In this document: positions 8,957 to 19,787 of the stretch, in pieces
Position numbering within the stretch: the stretch's first letter is position 1
How the letters are laid out: each line of letters begins with the position of its first letter
NCBI GenBank assembly: GCA_900291995.1
Contig: OLMU01000051.1
Location: 1 to 36,477 of the forward strand
Reading direction: 5' to 3'
DNA length: 36,477 nt
From: Licmophora abbreviata
Taxonomy: Eukaryota
Notes under the pieces: model-generated
Told to the model about the DNA's origin: nothing
The model's database searches: none
What the model saw: the letters and a program-made list of their open reading frames with translations, nothing else
Program-made: the position numbers and the translations under genes

Positions 8957-11900
8957 ATGGCGAAAAAGAAAAAGGGTTCTCGTCGCGGTGGGTCGGATGC
9001 ACGCGGGTATGCCACAGGATCATCCTCGGCTGCGACGCAACCGTCGTCTGTTACTGGCACACCAGCAGCATCTGCGGTCAAGGTGCAGGTAACTTCCAAG
9101 GTTCATGATGACTTGGTGGGTCTGCTGGGGAAGCTCAAGACGACGGCGGTGACTAGTGCTCAGGTTGGCGATGGGCAACAAGGTAGTAGGAGCAGAGGCG
9201 AAATAACCACCCGAGGAGTGAATTACACGACAACGTCTGGTGCTGCTGCTCGGTCGGATAGGTTTGTGAAGCGCCTGACTAATGTCGTAGATCGATTACA
9301 GCAAGTTGGCTTTGGTAACATGGAGGACCTGGAAGCAGTCTGCGTCGCCCTTGGCTACAATCTTACATTGGAATCGGCCCTGGACTGGTTTTGTCTTCAC
9401 TACACCACCGAACAGCTACCAGCTATACTGACCGAGTCTCAAGTGCGGGATGGAAGTGAAAATAAGAAAACTAGAGGGCATAGAAGTGTCGATCCCTTGA
9501 CGGTGATTTTGGCGTCAACCAGAGAAGTAGAGCGGGGCCAAGAAATGAGGACTTTACTAGAATCTGTCAACACGACCATGATGCCACAGCCGGTCGGACG
9601 AGTGAGTTACGAGCAAGGGCCTCGAGGGGAGAACACTACGAAGAGCATCGTCGGAAATAGTGAACCGGAAGGCATATCGGCATCGGAAAAGGCACGACTG
9701 TTGGCACAGTATCAGTATTATGACGACGAGGAAGAAGATATCCAGCAAGATGATGTAGTCGCGGCGGAAGCAACGGACGTGCTCGAGGTGACGGGCACGG
9801 ATCCTGTGCCGGACCGTGAGAGTCCTCCTGTCGCGAACCAGAGCGATGATGATGTTGCTACCGACAGCTCTGTTGAACCCCATAATCCGCACGTGTTGCA
9901 GTTGCGTGCGATACAGAAAGAGCTTGAAGAGACAGAACGCGATGTGGCGGACGAAGCATCGAATTATATGCGCAGCAAGCACGAGATCAAGGAGATGCAA
10001 AAACGAGCCAGACAGCTGCGACAACAGGTGCGGGGTCTTCAGCGAAAAGTGGACAATCTGCGACGAGAATCAGCAGTCGATGAAGTAGCATCGACGACAG
10101 GTGACTCGGACCAACAGGCTGGAGGCGACGGCTTTTTCGACATTTTCAGTCAGGGCGATACGGATCCTGTGCCCGAGCATCGCATTGCCAGCGTTCAGGG
10201 CGAGGGGAGAATCGAAGAAAGTGTGCCCGACCGGGTTATCATTCCTGACGATGCGATTCCGAAATCATGGACCGGTAGAACGCCAAAGGTGATTCTGGAA
10301 GAGTATTGTCGTAAAAACAAGATTGCCAAGCCGCGTTACGAGAAGCTTCCCTCCAACGGCTGTCGCCTCATAATCATGTCGTCACCCAAGAGGACACTCG
10401 AAACTGTAGTCCCAGGCTCCAAATATGCACTGCTACAAGAGTACACAGCTACCATCGCCATGTACGAGACAAGCCCCGACCTTCCCTTGTATCGACTGTT
10501 TCCTCCTTTCTTTCGTGACCTGTGGAAGTGTTGGCTGGAGGATGAACAGAGGGACAAGAACTCGGTTAGTCAAGCGGAGCATCACGCAAAGCAAGCAACT
10601 ATTGATCATCTTCTTCAAATGATTGAAACGAATGTCAGCTCCACAGTGTCAACCAACGAAATAGACCATGAAGGTGCTCGGGAGCCTCTAGTATCGGTAG
10701 ACGATACCCCCGACGAATGGGACAGCAACACGGACGACAATACAATCGCCGCGAACAAATGCAAGCCAGTTTCCAGCGCCGGAGAGCGACTTCAGGCGAA
10801 GTTCCAGAAGCTGCAGTCATCGCCGAAGTATCGGGCAATGTTGAAAGAACGATGTTCCTTGCCAATTTTCGGGTACCGAGATCGAATCTTACAGTCGATT
10901 CAAAACCAATCCGTTTCGATCATCTGCGCCGAAACTGGCGCCGGTAAGACGACGCAGTGCCCTCAGTATATACTCGAAGAGGCGCTGCTGAATGGTCGAG
11001 GCGATGAAATTTCCATTCTGTGCACACAGCCGCGGCGCGTTGCAGCGACGTCAGTCGCCGAGCGTGTTTGCGAGGAAATGGCCGAAGCTGAAGTTGGGGC
11101 TTCTGTCGGCTACCAGATACGGCTTGAAGCGAAACGAAGTTCTCGAACCAAGCTTTTATTCTGCACTACCGGCATTGTTCTCCGGCGCCTGCAAGAGGAC
11201 CCCAACTTGACAGGGGTAACGCACATCGTGGTGGACGAGGTCCACGAAAGACAGTATCAGATTGATGTACTGCTCATTGCGCTTCGACAACTTGTTCGGA
11301 GCTCTCGGCCAGACTTGAAGATCATTCTCATGTCAGCAACTCTTGACGCGGATCTGTTTTGTTCATTTTTTGGTGGTGTCCCACTCCTCAGTGTTCCAGG
11401 AAGGACGTTTCCTGTCTCCAGCTACTATCTTGAAGACCTTTTGGATGCGACAGATAGTATGATTGAAGAGGGGTCCCCGTATGCTGTTCGACAATACCGT
11501 CGCGCGGAGACGGCTTCGCTCTGGGTAACTGGCCGTGGCGGAGAGAAACGGAGACAGATGGTATCGCTTGACTCCGAGGCAGAAATAGGTGACGTGTCGG
11601 ATGATTTTGAAGGCTACAAGATGTCCACACGACGGTCGATGGATCGCGTGGATGAGGAGAAAATCAACTATGATTTGATGGAAGATATCCTTCGACTACT
11701 TCTCGTGCGCGGCGAAATTAATGACGTGCTCTTGGCTCCCGAGGGAGCCGATCTTTCTAATGGGTCAATACTCATTTTTCTCCCTGGTATGGGGGAGATT
11801 CGTACTCTCAGCGAGCGACTCGAGGGCAGCCGCGACTTGGGCAACCGAAACAAGTTCGAAGTGATTCCGCTCCATTCGAGTCTGTCGCCCAAGGACCAGC

Positions 11901-13339
11901 GTCGAGCATTTGCAAAACCAAGACCGGGGTGTCGCAAGATAATCATTTCGACCAACGTGGCGGAAACCAGCGTTACCATACCAGACGTGGTATGTGTGAT
12001 TGACTCCGGACGAGTCCGTGAAGTGCGTCAAAACAAGAGGACGTCCACGTCGTCGTTGGTAGTCGACTGGTGCTCGCGAGCAAGTGCAAAGCAACGTGCG
12101 GGTCGTGCCGGACGAGTTCAGCCTGGTATATGTCTTAAATTGTTCTCCTCTCGAACGCACCGTGTAATAATGAAGGATGCAAGCGAACCAGAGCTCCGTC
12201 GTGTCCCGCTGGAAGAAGTGTGTCTTGGTATCCTGGCTGGTGGCCTCGCAAATAGCTGCATGGACTTTCTGCGTCAGGCTCCACAACCGCCAACGGAGGA
12301 GGCTGTCAATTCGGCTCTACGAGTATTGGAAGAAGTCGGGGCTGTGAATCTCTCCGAAAAACAATCGAGATTGGTGGAAAGCTTGACGCCACTTGGACAT
12401 CATCTATCAAAGCTTCCGATCCATGTCAGGCTTGGAAAGATGCTGATTTTCAGCGCTCTCTTCCGTTGCGTTCAGCCCATTCTTACCGTGGCCGCAGGTC
12501 TGTCGTGCCAGTCGCCATTCGCCTCCTTTTGGGGGGAAGCTAACGAGGCGAAAGCCAAGCACAAGACGTTTGCCGATGCACGATCCGACTTTGTAACGCT
12601 CACCAACGTTTGGGATGCCTACAGCAGAGCCGCATCCCAAGGACCTAGCCAGGCCCGCAAGTTCGTCTCGACGAACTACCTGAGTCGATCGGCGCTTGCC
12701 GAGATTCGTGACATGCGAGAGCATTTTATTGATTTGCTGGGCGGCATTGGATTTTTGGATCGGAGTAAGCTACGACGCAACCGAAGATGGTATGATCCAG
12801 GTATTGGCGAGACGTTCGACCAAAACAGCACGTCCTTTGAGGTTGTCCACACGGTAATCTGCGCGGGCTTATACCCCAACGTGGCGCATCTTGTGGGATC
12901 TCCCAGCCATGGACGGTCCTTGGTACAGAACGGAGAAACTTTGCATTTTCACTCGTCCTCTGTCAATAGCAAGCTCGCGTCGACCCATGGACCATCTGCG
13001 TGGTTGACCTTCTTTGAAAAGTTTGAAACCAACCGTACATTCGTCAGCACGACGAGCCCCATCCACCCGTTTGCAATGCTCATCTTTGGAGGACAGATGG
13101 TGGTAAAACACTTGGAACGGAAGATCGTGATGGATGAGTGGATCGAGCTGGGAATCGCTGCTCAGACGGGCGTCATGTTTCGAGAACTCCGTAAGCAAGT
13201 CAGTGAGTTGCTTGAATCTATGATTGCCGACAAGCATTATAATAAGAAGGGGGGTCGTGGCAGCGGACGAGGAAGTGTAGCAGATGTCATTGATGGCATC
13301 ATTCAGCTACTGATTGCTAACTCAGGACAAGAATATTAA
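8957..13339 (+). CDS. DHX29: DEAH/RHA-family RNA helicase, DHX29-like; intronless, 1460 aa
   Basis: Helicase motifs ETGAGKTTQ, TQPRRVAA, DEVHER, MSAT, STNVAETSVT and QRAGRAGR, followed by an HA2/OB-type C-terminus. The N-terminus has a UBA-like segment (ESALDWFCLH) plus WTGRTPK and LFPPFFRDLW, which resemble DHX29. Confidence 0.9.
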   Translation: MAKKKKGSRRGGSDARGYATGSSSAATQPSSVTGTPAASAVKVQVTSKVHDDLVGLLGKLKTTAVTSAQVGDGQQGSRSRGEITTRGVNYTTTSGAAARSDRFVKRLTNVVDRLQQVGFGNMEDLEAVCVALGYNLTLESALDWFCLHYTTEQLPAILTESQVRDGSENKKTRGHRSVDPLTVILASTREVERGQEMRTLLESVNTTMMPQPVGRVSYEQGPRGENTTKSIVGNSEPEGISASEKARLLAQYQYYDDEEEDIQQDDVVAAEATDVLEVTGTDPVPDRESPPVANQSDDDVATDSSVEPHNPHVLQLRAIQKELEETERDVADEASNYMRSKHEIKEMQKRARQLRQQVRGLQRKVDNLRRESAVDEVASTTGDSDQQAGGDGFFDIFSQGDTDPVPEHRIASVQGEGRIEESVPDRVIIPDDAIPKSWTGRTPKVILEEYCRKNKIAKPRYEKLPSNGCRLIIMSSPKRTLETVVPGSKYALLQEYTATIAMYETSPDLPLYRLFPPFFRDLWKCWLEDEQRDKNSVSQAEHHAKQATIDHLLQMIETNVSSTVSTNEIDHEGAREPLVSVDDTPDEWDSNTDDNTIAANKCKPVSSAGERLQAKFQKLQSSPKYRAMLKERCSLPIFGYRDRILQSIQNQSVSIICAETGAGKTTQCPQYILEEALLNGRGDEISILCTQPRRVAATSVAERVCEEMAEAEVGASVGYQIRLEAKRSSRTKLLFCTTGIVLRRLQEDPNLTGVTHIVVDEVHERQYQIDVLLIALRQLVRSSRPDLKIILMSATLDADLFCSFFGGVPLLSVPGRTFPVSSYYLEDLLDATDSMIEEGSPYAVRQYRRAETASLWVTGRGGEKRRQMVSLDSEAEIGDVSDDFEGYKMSTRRSMDRVDEEKINYDLMEDILRLLLVRGEINDVLLAPEGADLSNGSILIFLPGMGEIRTLSERLEGSRDLGNRNKFEVIPLHSSLSPKDQRRAFAKPRPGCRKIIISTNVAETSVTIPDVVCVIDSGRVREVRQNKRTSTSSLVVDWCSRASAKQRAGRAGRVQPGICLKLFSSRTHRVIMKDASEPELRRVPLEEVCLGILAGGLANSCMDFLRQAPQPPTEEAVNSALRVLEEVGAVNLSEKQSRLVESLTPLGHHLSKLPIHVRLGKMLIFSALFRCVQPILTVAAGLSCQSPFASFWGEANEAKAKHKTFADARSDFVTLTNVWDAYSRAASQGPSQARKFVSTNYLSRSALAEIRDMREHFIDLLGGIGFLDRSKLRRNRRWYDPGIGETFDQNSTSFEVVHTVICAGLYPNVAHLVGSPSHGRSLVQNGETLHFHSSSVNSKLASTHGPSAWLTFFEKFETNRTFVSTTSPIHPFAMLIFGGQMVVKHLERKIVMDEWIELGIAAQTGVMFRELRKQVSELLESMIADKHYNKKGGRGSGRGSVADVIDGIIQLLIANSGQEY

Positions 13340-13485
13340 GAACCTCGTTGTCATCAAGGAAGCGGACGAAATGGTCTTCAAATCGTATGGCGCGCTCTTG
13401 TCAATCCCACGAAATATGAAATATCAGTCTCTCGGAGCTCGTGCGTCTTTTGGCTTGTCTTATTTTTTGTGGCGACGACCATGGC

Positions 13486-15490
13486 ATGAGCAGCGACATC
13501 ATGGCGTCCGAGACAGAAGAAGAGAACCCCCATTCGTCCCCAACACCGCAAGAATCAGAGCCGCAAGAGTCCAGCAATGAGCACGAGCTGACGTTGGAAG
13601 AGCTCCTGTACAGTTCGGCGTCGTATCATGCTATCGTCAAGCCAGGTGCGTGCGCCGATGCAGCGCTTCAAGCTGTGCTGTCTGGAGACGCGCTTTGATT
13701 CGTGTCTCATCTTACTCACTGTCGATTTCGCTTCTTCAATTAATCACACAGTATCATTGACCATGATCTTATCGGCTCTCGCTGTCGTATTCATCAATAC
13801 GGATGAAACGATACGGGAAGGCGAAGAAGCGCTGGCGAGTGCCTACCAGACCTTTGACAATCGCGATCCCTCGCAGTCTACGGCAGAGACTCTCGGCTAT
13901 TCCTTATTGAATGCCTTAATCATTGTCTGCATACTGTGTGCGATGACGTTTCTCATCGTCCTCCTGTACAAGTATCGATGCATGATGTGCCTGATTGGCT
14001 ACATGGTCTTCTCCTTCAGCGCCCTATTGGGGCTCATGGGAGGCTTCATGCTCGACGTTGCTGTCAACAAGTACAATCTCGATTTGGACATGTTTTCCTT
14101 TTACTTTTGTCTCTACAACTTCGCGATTGTCGGATCCATTAGCATCTTCTATCAACAAGGGATTCCAGCATTCGTCACGCAGGGCTATCTCATTGCGACA
14201 TCTGTCATTTTGGCCTGGCAGCTTTCGCACTTTGACGATTGGACGTCGTGGACTCTGTTGATTATGCTGGCATTGTATGACTTGTGTGCCGTCTTGACAC
14301 CCTGCGGGCCACTCAAGGCACTGGTCAATCTCATGTCACAAGACGATGCTCCGAACATGCCAGGACTGTTGTATGAAGCGGAACTTCCGGCGGCAGCGCG
14401 GCGACCAGGAGCGAGGAGACGGCGAAGAGAGCAGCAGCAGCAGACTAGTCAGCAGTCGCAAGCGACAAACGAAACTGGTGCAGCAGGCGACGATACACCG
14501 GCGAGCGCTGAAGGAACGTCACCGACACGGCAGACACCGGAGCCTGCTGCGGCGGAAGAGGCGTCTTCGCTGCCGTCGTCGTCATCGCCTGATCGACAAC
14601 TGTCACAGCAGCCTTCCCATCTATCCACGGGAGTCACTGCAGCAAGCAGCAATACCAGCAGCACTGGTATTCGAATGACGGGATCGGGCGACACGGTGGC
14701 TTCATCGGAGTCCGCAGCCTCCGTTGCTGCTACGCCCGTCGCTTCGACAGAGCCAGGGTCTGCTCCAACTGGTCCCGTCCCCTTTGCCATTGCGAAGATC
14801 TATCGATTGCCGTTGGTTCACGACGAACCTCCTCGTCGACCCAGCTTTGAATTGGAACCCCTACTGGAAGGACAAGAACAGCTTTCACCCAATGACCAGC
14901 TGGCGCTGCAGTACACTTCGGAACAGCTTCGAAGTGAAGTCGAAGCCTCGTTCCCTCCTGGCGGGGGGCGTATCGACAGGGTAGAAGTCGGTCGTGGAAG
15001 GCGCACAAGTATTCGATATCACGTCAAGGATCGACAGGGTGTCACCAAGCGTGTTCTTTTCGTCGATGAGCAAGGGCGTGTGATGCAGGAGACGGACGAG
15101 AGCGACGACGATCATGGACACATGGAGAATTCCATCAAGCTGGGGCTGGTGCGTTGGTGGTTGGAATGGTGACATCTAGCGTTACACCGCAACGTTTCCT
15201 CACAAACTGCGTTTGCGTTCTTTCACTTTTTTTCTATCATGTAGGGAGACTTCATATTCTATTCAGTTCTTGTATCGAAGGCAGCGCAGTATTCGTTCAC
15301 AACGTTTGTTTCGTGTATGCTAGCGATCCTATCTGGACTGGGCGGTACGCTCGTGCTGCTTGCAGTCTATCAACAGGCTTTACCAGCCCTTCCCATTTCC
15401 ATCTTTTTGGGAGTAATATTTTACCTGCTGACACGAGCGCTGATCGAGCCTTGGATCGAACATCTCTTTTTGGTGCCATACTTCGTGTAG
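13486..15490 (+). CDS. PSEN: Presenilin (peptidase A22A), paralog B; 3 exons, ~600 aa
   Basis: Exons 13486-13645, 13752-15148 and 15245-15490; GT-AG introns 13646-13751 and 15149-15244; spliced length 1803 nt is in frame. YD motif LALYDLCAVLTPCGPL; KLGL|GDFIFYS is restored by splicing; ALPALPISI; ends YFV*. Alternative start at 13501. Confidence 0.95.
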
Positions 15491-15561
15491 CACCGACTTT
15501 CGTCGCCATCTAGCTAAAGCAAGCAAGTAACGTGGAAACGGAGATGTCTACTGTCTTACGT

Positions 15562-17479
15562 CTAGTCGTAAATATCGTCTCCAAGACCGTCGTCGCCCCA
15601 TTGCTCTCCACTTGGGTCCTCACTGCTTGGCTCGACCACAGCGTCAGCGGTCGTCACCGGTTCTGCGGTAGGTTCGCACTTAGCCGGCGACTCTGATGGA
15701 GCAACAACTGCCTCCGCCGTACTAGCAGTTCCTTCATTTCCTTCTCCTTCCTCGCTTTCCTCATCTACACGGTTCTTTTCGTCGACATTTTCCTCGTCGT
15801 CTTCATTCTCTGCTGCGTCTTCAATATCTGTTTCGTCCTCATTCTCAATTTGTTCTTCCTTGCTTTTCAAGTATTCACGGGCCACTTCGACATTGCCCAA
15901 AGCCAGCTCGAGTGCCCCCACGCAATACGGTTCCACCACTGCATCCCAGAGCTTGACAATGCGTGCGGCAACATCGCGCATCTGCGCTGCCTCACCGCGC
16001 AGTCCCGGCGTTAGTACTGCCCGCTCATTGGTTTGTAGAATACCCGCAACGTTCTTAAGCTGACGCTGCAATTCGCGTCGCAATGCCACGAACAAGCCGG
16101 GCAGCAAACATCGTCGCAATTCATTCAAGCCTGCCAGAATGGAATTGACCAAGCGAGCTAGAGCGGGGAGTGCCAACAAGGAACGAGGCGGCTGTCCTAG
16201 CATGTCCAAGTCATCCTCTTGGAGAGCGGATGTAGGTGCTGGCGCCTCCATTGCTGTCTGACTTGTGAGTGGCGATGCTACTCCAGCTTCCCGACAGACC
16301 TGAAGGGTTTCTTGGAGCGTGCTGACACCCTCTGTCCAGTGTTGCGTCACCAGCTGTAGCATATGAGGTTCCAAGTAAGGTGGAAGCTGAGCTGTGAAGT
16401 CGGCACCCAATCTACCCAGACTTGTGGCAAAGAAAGTACTAGCTTCAAGCGCATCTCGGACGTCGGCACTGTCCTTGAAGTTATGGTGTTGCAGCATGCT
16501 CAGAAAGGAATGAACACGACGTGTTGTCCACATGGACAGCAGGTTGGAGGAGGCGGATTGATGCTGTGACTTCTTTCCCGGTGAGGCGCGGAAAATAGCG
16601 TTGAACTGTGTGGCAATCTCAAAGACACTGAGAGTGACGGAAAAAGGAAACGTGAGAGGTGCGACTAAAAAGGATAGAACACAAGTTTCGTTCTTTGAAA
16701 TCTTCTTCTTACCGCGTCCTGTATCGCTCAATGGTATCCAAGAGCTGTTCCGCTCCGGCGCTCGCAGCCCCAGTCGGCCGCACCTGCTGCAGCCACGCAT
16801 CTCGCGCTTCTAGGAAGTCCACTTGCAACTTGTATTCCAGCGACTCATGCAATCGATCTTCCTGGTTCTGTTCTTCCATCCGCTCTAAATCAATCGAGTT
16901 TAGACGACGCAGGGCCGTAACGACCTCGAGACACTGCGGCATGGTGACGTCTTGCTTGAGGCGATGGAGCAAGTGCCGGCGTAGATCGGACTGACGAGTA
17001 CGAATCTGCGAAACGACATTAATCACCACAACGTTATGCGATTCTGACGAGTGCCGACGTTCCAGGGCATTGGCGAAGGAGGCAATACTGAGCGCCTCTT
17101 CGTAAAGGTTGGAGCGAACGCACGCGTCCATCAAGGACGGGAGCTCGAGGAGCTCCAAAAGGGACGAGTGCTGCAGAAGAGTCCGACGACGCACACGATG
17201 CTTTTCCGATAGCTTACTCAAGGTATCATCGTCTTCCAGAGCATGCTTCGCCGCTTCCACTTGCGGCTCCAAGTGCTTCGCCGCTTGCTGCAACTTTTGC
17301 AGCGAGCTCTCCAAAGAAGTACCGCGGCGCTCGACCGAGACGAACGTGCCGGCGTGAGAGGCACACAGAGAGCGCAACTGCTCCTCTGCAGCATCCAAGG
17401 CAGCCTGTGCTACCACCCTCTCATCCACATCGGTAGGGCCAGTCGAACTCATCAACAGATCGGCCGTCGTTCCCGTCAT
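15562..17479 (-). CDS. COG8: Conserved oligomeric Golgi complex subunit 8 (Dor1-like); 2 exons, ~610 aa
   Basis: Exons 17479-16713 and 16627-15562; intron 16628-16712 (GTAAG...CAG). Motifs LLELLELPSLMDACVRSNLYEEAL, FLEARDAWL, R|VFEIATQFNAIF, SLGRLGADF and NELRRC. Acidic tail. Confidence 0.92.
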
Positions 17480-17763
17480 TGTCGTCGAAATGTGGGCTGC
17501 CAGTCTGCCGTGCGACGAAAAATCTTAGTGACCCGCAATGCCTGTGAATGGCGAGTCTACGACAACTCAGTACTTGTCTTGTCGTAGGTTGGTCTACGCT
17601 TTAGAAGTAGGACATACACAGTATTCAATATTCAATATGGGCAGAGACGTCGACGAGCTATGACGATAGTTTGAACCAACTTTCGTGCAAATATTTGGTC
17701 GACAATGGCGGAGAGAAGAGTTGTCACAACGTCCTAGTTGCTGTGCATTCATAATTATACTAC

Positions 17764-19578
17764 TTAGTTCATCGCAAGAGCTTCCATCACAATCGCCACC
17801 GCCACCGCTCCAGGATCCGGCGTTCCCATTAGCGTGTCTTCCGTCAAATAGTTGGATCGACCCGCCTGGGCCAAGCCCATGGTTGCCGTTCCGTCCGCGC
17901 CCTCCCTCGCCTTGGCAGCTGCTTGCCCCACGTCGCCCTTGCTTTCCGTCAAGATTGCCGCAGCTGGAATAAGAGCATCCAACATGGTGCGTGACCCTTC
18001 CTTGGCGCCACCATATAGCGATACGGCTTCGACCCCCGCCTGAAAGGCCTCGCTCATAGTTTCGGCATTTATTTCAGAACTACGAGCCAACGTCGAGCTC
18101 ATTTTGCGGAAGAAAAGCTCCAACAAGACACCCGATGTTCCTCCCATACTTTGAGATACGGCATCAGCCAAGCACGCAAACAGCGTAACGGGGTGGTTCG
18201 TTTGCAGTTTGTCGGTGCTGGAATTGAGTTGTTCCAAAATGTATGTGGCGCCGCGTTTCATCGTAATGCCACAGTCTCCATCTCCAACAATGGTATCATA
18301 CTTGGTCAGCAGAGGTTCAGCCTCCGACAATGCCATCGTGGCAGATTGGATACATTGCTTCACTTGATCGTTCCACGTAACAATCCTGAGTGGCGGAAGT
18401 GGTGTCGCGGCAGCAGCCGCTCCAGACGCCGCAACGTCGGGCAAAACTTCAGGAATCTCTACCGCAGAGGCACGTGGATCCTTCTTGCTGCCCTGACGAG
18501 CGTCTACAGGAATCCAAGCAGGAGCATTTGTGGGTGCATCCAGACACTCCAAGAGTAGGCCAGGAGCGCCGCTCAAGTTCAGAACGGTCAAACTGGCGCC
18601 GTGCATGTTGAAGCTCGTCATGTAGCTGCCAACGAGCAATCGTGTCACGTGGCACTGGTATTCGTCGGACTCGAGCATGTCCACCGCCGACTGTGCTAGA
18701 ATGGACATTTCAAAGTTGGAGGATCCACCGAGATTGTTGACGAGCACGCAGAGGTCATCGCCTGGTTCCATCAAAGGTACAATCGCCTTTGATCCAGCAC
18801 GCTCGCGTCCATGGGTCTGCATGGTCTCGAGCATCTCCTGGACCATCTCGTTCGCTGTCAGCATGCTAGACTGCTTCATTCCTGCTTCACCGTGAATTCC
18901 AAGTCCCAATTCAATCAAATTGGCATCATCCAGTCGATCGTTAGTGGTGGCAGCACCCGGCACGGTCACAGCATCCAGCGCCACACCCATACTGCCCAGG
19001 CGCGAGGATGTTTCCTGCGCCAGCTCTTTGACTTGCTGGAGGGAAAGTCCCTTTGCGGCTGCCGCCCCTGCCACCTTGTGCACGAATACCGTCCCCGCCA
19101 CTCCACGGGCTCCCGTAATACCCTTTTCGCGGGGCAAGGCGCAGTCATCCGCTACCACGACCATGTCACACGGAATGCCCTCCATATTGGCCGTCTCACA
19201 GGCCATACCAAAGTTCAAACGATCTCCTGTATAATTCTTCACAACAAGCAAGACTCCGGGACGAGGAGATGTAGTATCTTGCGCCGCGAGAGCTCGAATG
19301 GCACCTAAAACAGCCGCCACGCTGGGACTGGCAAACATCCCTCCCAGCACCGCGCCGCTCAACATGCCGCGTCCCAGCCAGCCAGCATGCGATGGTTCAT
19401 GTCCACTGCCTCCTCCTGACACAATCTTGACGCTACTGCTATTCATTGCCTCGCGATACAACAAGACATTGTGATTGGACAACTTGGCAAGCTGATTGGG
19501 AAATTGGTACAGCAGGCCGCGTACGAATTCACCGACGGCATCCTCCGGTTCGTTCAGGATCTTTTTCGGTTTGGCCAT
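17764..19578 (-). CDS. DAK: ATP-dependent dihydroxyacetone kinase / triokinase (fused Dak1 + Dak2), 604 aa
   Basis: Motifs SGGGSGHEPSHAG, VKNYTGDRLNFG, GLGIHGEAG, VGDGDCG, MGGTSG, RTMLDAL, GRSNY and DPGA. Confidence 0.96.
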   Translation of the reverse strand: MAKPKKILNEPEDAVGEFVRGLLYQFPNQLAKLSNHNVLLYREAMNSSSVKIVSGGGSGHEPSHAGWLGRGMLSGAVLGGMFASPSVAAVLGAIRALAAQDTTSPRPGVLLVVKNYTGDRLNFGMACETANMEGIPCDMVVVADDCALPREKGITGARGVAGTVFVHKVAGAAAAKGLSLQQVKELAQETSSRLGSMGVALDAVTVPGAATTNDRLDDANLIELGLGIHGEAGMKQSSMLTANEMVQEMLETMQTHGRERAGSKAIVPLMEPGDDLCVLVNNLGGSSNFEMSILAQSAVDMLESDEYQCHVTRLLVGSYMTSFNMHGASLTVLNLSGAPGLLLECLDAPTNAPAWIPVDARQGSKKDPRASAVEIPEVLPDVAASGAAAAATPLPPLRIVTWNDQVKQCIQSATMALSEAEPLLTKYDTIVGDGDCGITMKRGATYILEQLNSSTDKLQTNHPVTLFACLADAVSQSMGGTSGVLLELFFRKMSSTLARSSEINAETMSEAFQAGVEAVSLYGGAKEGSRTMLDALIPAAAILTESKGDVGQAAAKAREGADGTATMGLAQAGRSNYLTEDTLMGTPDPGAVAVAIVMEALAMN

Positions 19579-19787
19579 GACGATGAAATATCAAATTAGG
19601 AGAGGGAACAACAAAGGCGATAGCAAAGAAAGGATGACACGACACACGACGAGACGCGATCTTCATGATGTTGACATGTCGAGGTTCTTATCATTCATCG
19701 CACGCTGTGTCGCGCGATGATATCTACGACATTTTTGTTTACGTTCGAACGGCGCGCGCCATTGCATAAATCGACGACGCCGCGACC

